64,000 nucleotides of DNA from Thermoanaerobaculia bacterium (lineage in GTDB: Bacteria > Acidobacteriota > Thermoanaerobaculia > Multivoradales > UBA5704), in assembly GCA_035996875.1 (NCBI GenBank), contig DASYJD010000054.1, positions 16,837-80,836 of the forward strand, written 5' to 3'. Shown here piece by piece: positions 63,703-64,000 of the stretch. Each line of letters opens with the position of its first letter. Position 1 is the first letter of the stretch. The notes beneath the pieces were generated by a model. The model was not told the DNA's origin. It saw nothing but the letters and a program-made list of their open reading frames with translations, and did not search any database. The position numbers and the translations under genes were made by a program.

Positions 63703-64000
63703 ATGACCGGAACTGTGGAGGCTGTCTCGACCCAGCCCGATGACGAGGAGCGCCGGATATTCCGCCGTCTGGCTGCCGGCGTACGGGTCCGCTACCAGGA
63801 GGTGCACCTGCGCCGGCCCGAGCGCCAGTACCTTCAGGCCATCGCCGAAGATGTGAGCCTCGGCGGGATGTTCCTCGCCACCTGTCACACCTACCGAGAG
63901 GGCACGCCGATCGAGCTCGAATTTCATCCGCGCGACGAGGGCGGCCCGCCCGTGCGCGCCAAAGCCGTGGTCTGCTGGCGCCGCCGCTGGCGCGAGCCCC
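63703..64000 (+). CDS. PilZ-domain protein, 5' part
   Basis: AAGGAG RBS; MTGTVEAV...ERRIFRR (RxxxR)...EDVSLGGMFL (DxSxGG)...VRAKAVVCW; runs off the window end. Missed by the ORF track. Confidence 0.85.
   Translation, partial: MTGTVEAVSTQPDDEERRIFRRLAAGVRVRYQEVHLRRPERQYLQAIAEDVSLGGMFLATCHTYREGTPIELEFHPRDEGGPPVRAKAVVCWRRRWREP

Noticed and set aside
1-64000. tRNA, rRNA, riboswitch or transposase/integrase genes
   Set aside because: None recognised by eye. tRNAscan-SE and Infernal would be needed to exclude small RNAs.

Overview
GC-rich bacterial window, probably Acidobacteriota of the Thermoanaerobaculia type. This is inferred from the VWFA-Acidobacterial protein, a TIGR02999-type ECF-kinase pair and expanded CHAT/TPR genes. 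In order it contains: a BCP peroxiredoxin 3' end and a VOC gene; an AlgI/AlgJ-type O-acetylation operon; a divergent 8-Cys mini-protein; an AT-richer island (about 8.7-11.3 kb) with a near-consensus sigma70 promoter, three nuclease-like ORFs, a complete integron attC-like site, a truncated attC-like site and a frameshifted trypsin-like protease, with no integrase in view; a PDZ-TPR-CHAT protease convergent with an atypical sigma-like gene and a membrane partner; UbiA divergent from an ECF sigma/Ser-Thr kinase pair; an M48 protease; fatty-acid genes (fadI, CoA-transferase III, fadJ, acyl-CoA ligase); the Hen1-Pnkp RNA repair operon, gatCA and an amidase; parDE with a frameshifted toxin; a degraded TIR-NTPase-TPR gene; an ECF/ZAS anti-sigma pair; a long GreA; a RodZ-like/DnaJ/PP2C cluster; a VWA protein; a small secreted precursor with two EGxxIDPNG repeats followed by a zinc-finger-TPR protein (top candidate for an undescribed peptide-signalling system); a matrixin; and a divergent PAS-GGDEF/PilZ pair. 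Intergenic space holds at least three REP/MITE-like families and 21-bp tandem repeats. One repeat copy lies in frame inside a CDS. No rRNA, tRNA or CRISPR array was seen. All domain calls come from reading motifs by eye, not from database searches.
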